56,840 nucleotides of DNA from Octopus sinensis (Eukaryota), in NCBI RefSeq assembly GCF_006345805.1, contig NW_021834946.1, positions 1 through 56,840 on the forward strand, given 5' to 3'. The translations under genes were made by a program, and so were the position numbers. Of the stretch, positions 53,397 to 56,840 are shown piece by piece. The stretch's first letter is position 1. Every line of letters begins with the position of its first letter. Below the pieces are notes generated by a model. It was not told where the DNA came from. It worked only from the letters and a program-made list of their open reading frames with translations, and ran no database searches.

Positions 53397-53926
53397 TTGT
53401 TTTGATTCCTCTCTCTCTCTCTCTCTCCCTCTCTTATATATCTGCTTGTGCTTATACTATGTTTAGATGATATAAATTATCAATAATTCGGATCCTGACG
53501 AAGCAGCAACGCTAATGAACAGTAAGTTGCAAACTTACGGTATGCACTGGCACGTAGTAGAACGTGCGTAGGTCCTGATGAAGAAATTGTGTGATTTACT
53601 ATAACATTAAAACTTGAATGTGTTAAATCCCTATTCTTCCGATATCTCTCTATCTCTATCTATATATATATAAATGTATGTATTTATGTATGTGTATGTG
53701 TATGTATGTTATGTGTGTATGTATTATAGTATTATATATATATATATATATATATGATATATATATATATTATTCTATTTAGATAGTACAATCAAGATTC
53801 AAGTGAGTCTGTGCTGCCTCTGATGTATGTGTACTGATGCGTACTTACTAAGCTGCACCCGTATAATCTATATGTGTTAACTATAGATGGTGTCGGGGTT
53901 TTTATAATTTAATTAATTCGTAAAAG

Positions 53927-54070
53927 AAAAAAGCAACAAGAATGGATCCAATTTCGGTACAATTGTTTCGTACGAAGACATCTTTATTAAGGGTGCAAAA
54001 TTTGCAGCCTTAATAAAGATGTCTTCGTACGAACAATTGTAAAATATTGATCCATTCTTGTTGCTTTTTT
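53927..54070. repeat. Near-perfect palindrome, ~70-bp arms, essentially no loop
   Basis: aaaaaagcaacaagaatggatc..gtacgaagacatctttattaagg.tgcaaa a tttgca.ccttaataaagatgtcttcgtac..gatccattcttgttgctttttt. Confidence 0.93.
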
Positions 54071-55010
54071 CAATGTATTGATATATAATATATATATATC
54101 TATATTATATATAAGTACACTCACACGTGGTATATCTGTCTCTGTTACTAACTATTCCTGTCTGTTGTAGTGTGCTGTTATTTTTTCTTTTCGTTTACTT
54201 GCAATTCTTTGACCCTAGCCATGGTGGAGTATCGCTTTAATTCAATGACAATGTGGCCGGTATATATATATATATATATTAATGTATATGAATGTGTGGG
54301 TGTGTATGTGTGTGTAAACGGTGATAGACTTCATTCAAGTGAGTTGAGGACTGATCACGCGACACACCGAGTCAGTACAGACTGCATTTTGAAGTCATAC
54401 GTGAATATTAAAATATTTACATACGATATAGTTCTATTGACGAACGCAAACATCGAAAATATTACACACACATACGCGCACACACAAACACACACACACA
54501 CTCACACACACAGACTGGTATATATACGCATACATAATTATGCAATGCGTTGGTGTATCTCTGGCAACAAGTTTGTATCACGGTTATTAAGTCGCTGCTT
54601 GCGTTAGGCATATACTTCATAGTAATGCAAGACAATATAAAATTATAGAGGACAACATGAAAATACAAAAAACAAAGAAGAAAGACGACAGAGGAAACAG
54701 CTAAATAACACATCAGCTGCGTTGTTGTTACTTTAAGTTTTAATGCTTAACTGCACATCTGATGACGGGTTATTAAACCAGAAAGCGATCACCATTGAAC
54801 ATTAACGTTATATATATATATATAGGAACAATGCTTTATATCCTATTGTTATTCGATAATTAATTTAATTTAGTTTATTTTACTATTATGTGATTCTGTC
54901 ATGCCACTCAATCCATCTTTCTACAGCATCTATCATTTAATCTAATTTACTACTATTGTACGGTTCTGTCAATCACAATCACAATGTGTGTACATTATAT
55001 ATATTATATA

Positions 55011-55205
55011 TAATTATTATTTATAGAAGGAGCTTCTAAGGACTAGAACAGTTTCATTCAAGAGAAATCTTCAGGAAGCTCCGAAGATTTCTCTTGAATG
55101 AAACAGTTCTAGTCCTGTAGAGCTCCTTCTATATAATAAATTATTTTTACTCTTCTATGTATTGAGTACCTATTTACCGTGGTTAACCCGAATCAACCGG
55201 GGACC

Positions 55206-55209
<4 letters not shown>
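55011..55209 (+). mobile_element. ORF-less inverted pLTR dimer of the same PLE family as 1571-1941, within (TA)n
   Basis: Left arm (minus) ggagcttc-CTGAAGA-tttctcttgaat-GAAAC..; right arm gaagatttctcttgaatGAAACAGttctagtcCTGTA..; the shared 3' tail is gtattgagtacc..ggttaaccc..gggacctaca. Confidence 0.8.
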
Positions 55210-55251
<42 letters not shown>

Positions 55252-55454
55252 TACGTTCATTCAGGCGCACACACAAACATGTGTGTGTTATATATATATA
55301 TATATAATATATATATAATATGTATCTAAGTGGGCATACTTGAAAGTTATTATGAATACATATAATATATGCAAGTATACATTTATAAGTATATATATAG
55401 CTTATATTTTCTATCTAATTCATTCTCGTATTATCACTCGTTTTATCCCACTAT

Positions 55455-55456
55455 TT

Positions 55457-55508
<52 letters not shown>

Positions 55509-55687
55509 CTATCTATTTATGTACCTATCTGCGTACCTTCCTACCTAGCGGTTTCCCCACATACCTAGCTAGCTAGCTACCTGCCTGCCTACCTACCTAC
55601 CTACCTACCTGCTTACCTACCTATCTACCTACTTACCTACCTATCTACCTACCTACCTGCCTATCTATCTATCTATCTATCTATCTA

Positions 55688-55720
<33 letters not shown>

Positions 55721-55860
55721 TTATCTATCAATCAATCTATATGTCTATTTATCTTTCTATCAATCAATCAATCTATCTATCTGTATATCTAACTATCGAT
55801 CTATCTATCTGTATATCTAATTATCGATCTATCTAATTCATTTATCTATTTACCTATACA
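55455..55860. repeat. (TATC)n/(TACC)n compound microsatellite
   Basis: Direct reading. Confidence 0.88.
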
Positions 55861-56399
55861 TCCATCTAGCTATTTACCTACCTCCCTATAACTTACCTAC
55901 CTAGTTATATCTTCCAGTTCATTTCTATTTTTATTGCTATCATTTTATCGTTCTCATCCTACAAGTGATGTATGTTGCTTAGTATGTAATTTGATACGAC
56001 CCTATAATAGTTTGCTGAAAAGGTCGTGACTTTGGTTAATAGAAAATACACGACTACCACTTAATTCTCAATTTATTTATCGATTGAAATTTCAATGTGA
56101 TGACACAGTATGGCCGCAGTGCATTTGTCGCTATCGGTTGTGTTGTCAATTCTGCACTTCATATATTTGGCCTTTAAGACTTATTCCTAAGCTGCACATA
56201 TGATTGCGTCTGTCTCTTTAACCAGGTCACTCCTCCCCCGGCGCTCTGTATCTATCTTGGCGTTCACATCTATTGCAAACAGACCGTAAATTTTTCCTTC
56301 CACGCCGTTTCTCTTTTTTTTTGTTCATTTCTTGATTAAATTTTTCTTTAGTTACACAATTTTAATTTTGATGACGTGTTTCGACAGCATTTTTTGTTA

Positions 56400-56840
56400 T
56401 ACTACACTAGACTGCATTCCTCTGCTTCGATATAGTCCTGGCAAGTGATCAAACCTCTCCCACCTTTTCTTTTGGACTTGTGCGTATATTAAGGTTCAAG
56501 GCTCCGTGTACTGTTAACATTTTTCTGGCTTTGGTATCCATTTTCTTCATTTATCTCTTTTGACATCTTATAACTCCTTAGTTGCCATTTCATTTCCTTA
56601 TGCATTATCTCCTTGCACTCTAGTACACCAAGGTATTTGTATCTTTCAGTTTCAATTTGCTCAATCAAGTCTCTGTTCGGTAATTCTATCCCTGCTAGGG
56701 ACTTTACTTTGCCTATTTTTAGTTAGACTACTCTGCATTTCTTGAGCACAAATTCCATTCTAATATCGGTACTAAATCTCACTTGTTTCATCTTTGCTCT
56801 ACAGTTTCAAATCATCCATGAAGAGGAAGTGGTTGATTGT
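56400..56840 (-). mobile_element. R4/Dong-clade RT fragment, degenerate, runs off the window end
   Basis: Minus strand TINHFLFMDDLKL, FSTDIRMEFVLKKC, ETERYKYLGVLE, MDTKARKMLTVHGAL, GGRGLITCQDYIEAEECSL, with stops and frameshifts. Confidence 0.85.

Overview
AT-rich, microsatellite-dense eukaryotic non-coding DNA (intron or intergenic). It is most likely from an octopus or other cephalopod; this is inferred from the three tRNA-derived SINE families and the repeat landscape, not from a database hit. I recognise no intact host protein-coding gene. Every long ORF in the track is either microsatellite read-through or a decayed retroelement or transposon. Supported content: an internally deleted mariner with TIRs and TA TSD; a 5'-truncated RTE-clade LINE flanked by a ~77-bp direct repeat; three R4/Dong fragments (two abutting TAA repeats); one Tx1/L1 fragment; five non-autonomous Helitron-type elements (A|TC...hairpin-CTAG|T); about 30 SINE copies; and a 9 x 129-bp tandem array. 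The main unannotated signal is a dense set of type I hammerhead ribozyme (HHR) motifs from several unrelated sequence families. Two are fully canonical (8278-8363 +, 37645-37729 -), one is near-canonical (33304-33366 -), and there are many relics. Most lie next to (TA)n arrays, several are in fold-back inverted repeats, one brackets a Penelope-like ORF start, and an HHR-like core recurs in every unit of the 129-bp array. Coordinates were counted by hand; SINE and microsatellite boundaries are approximate.
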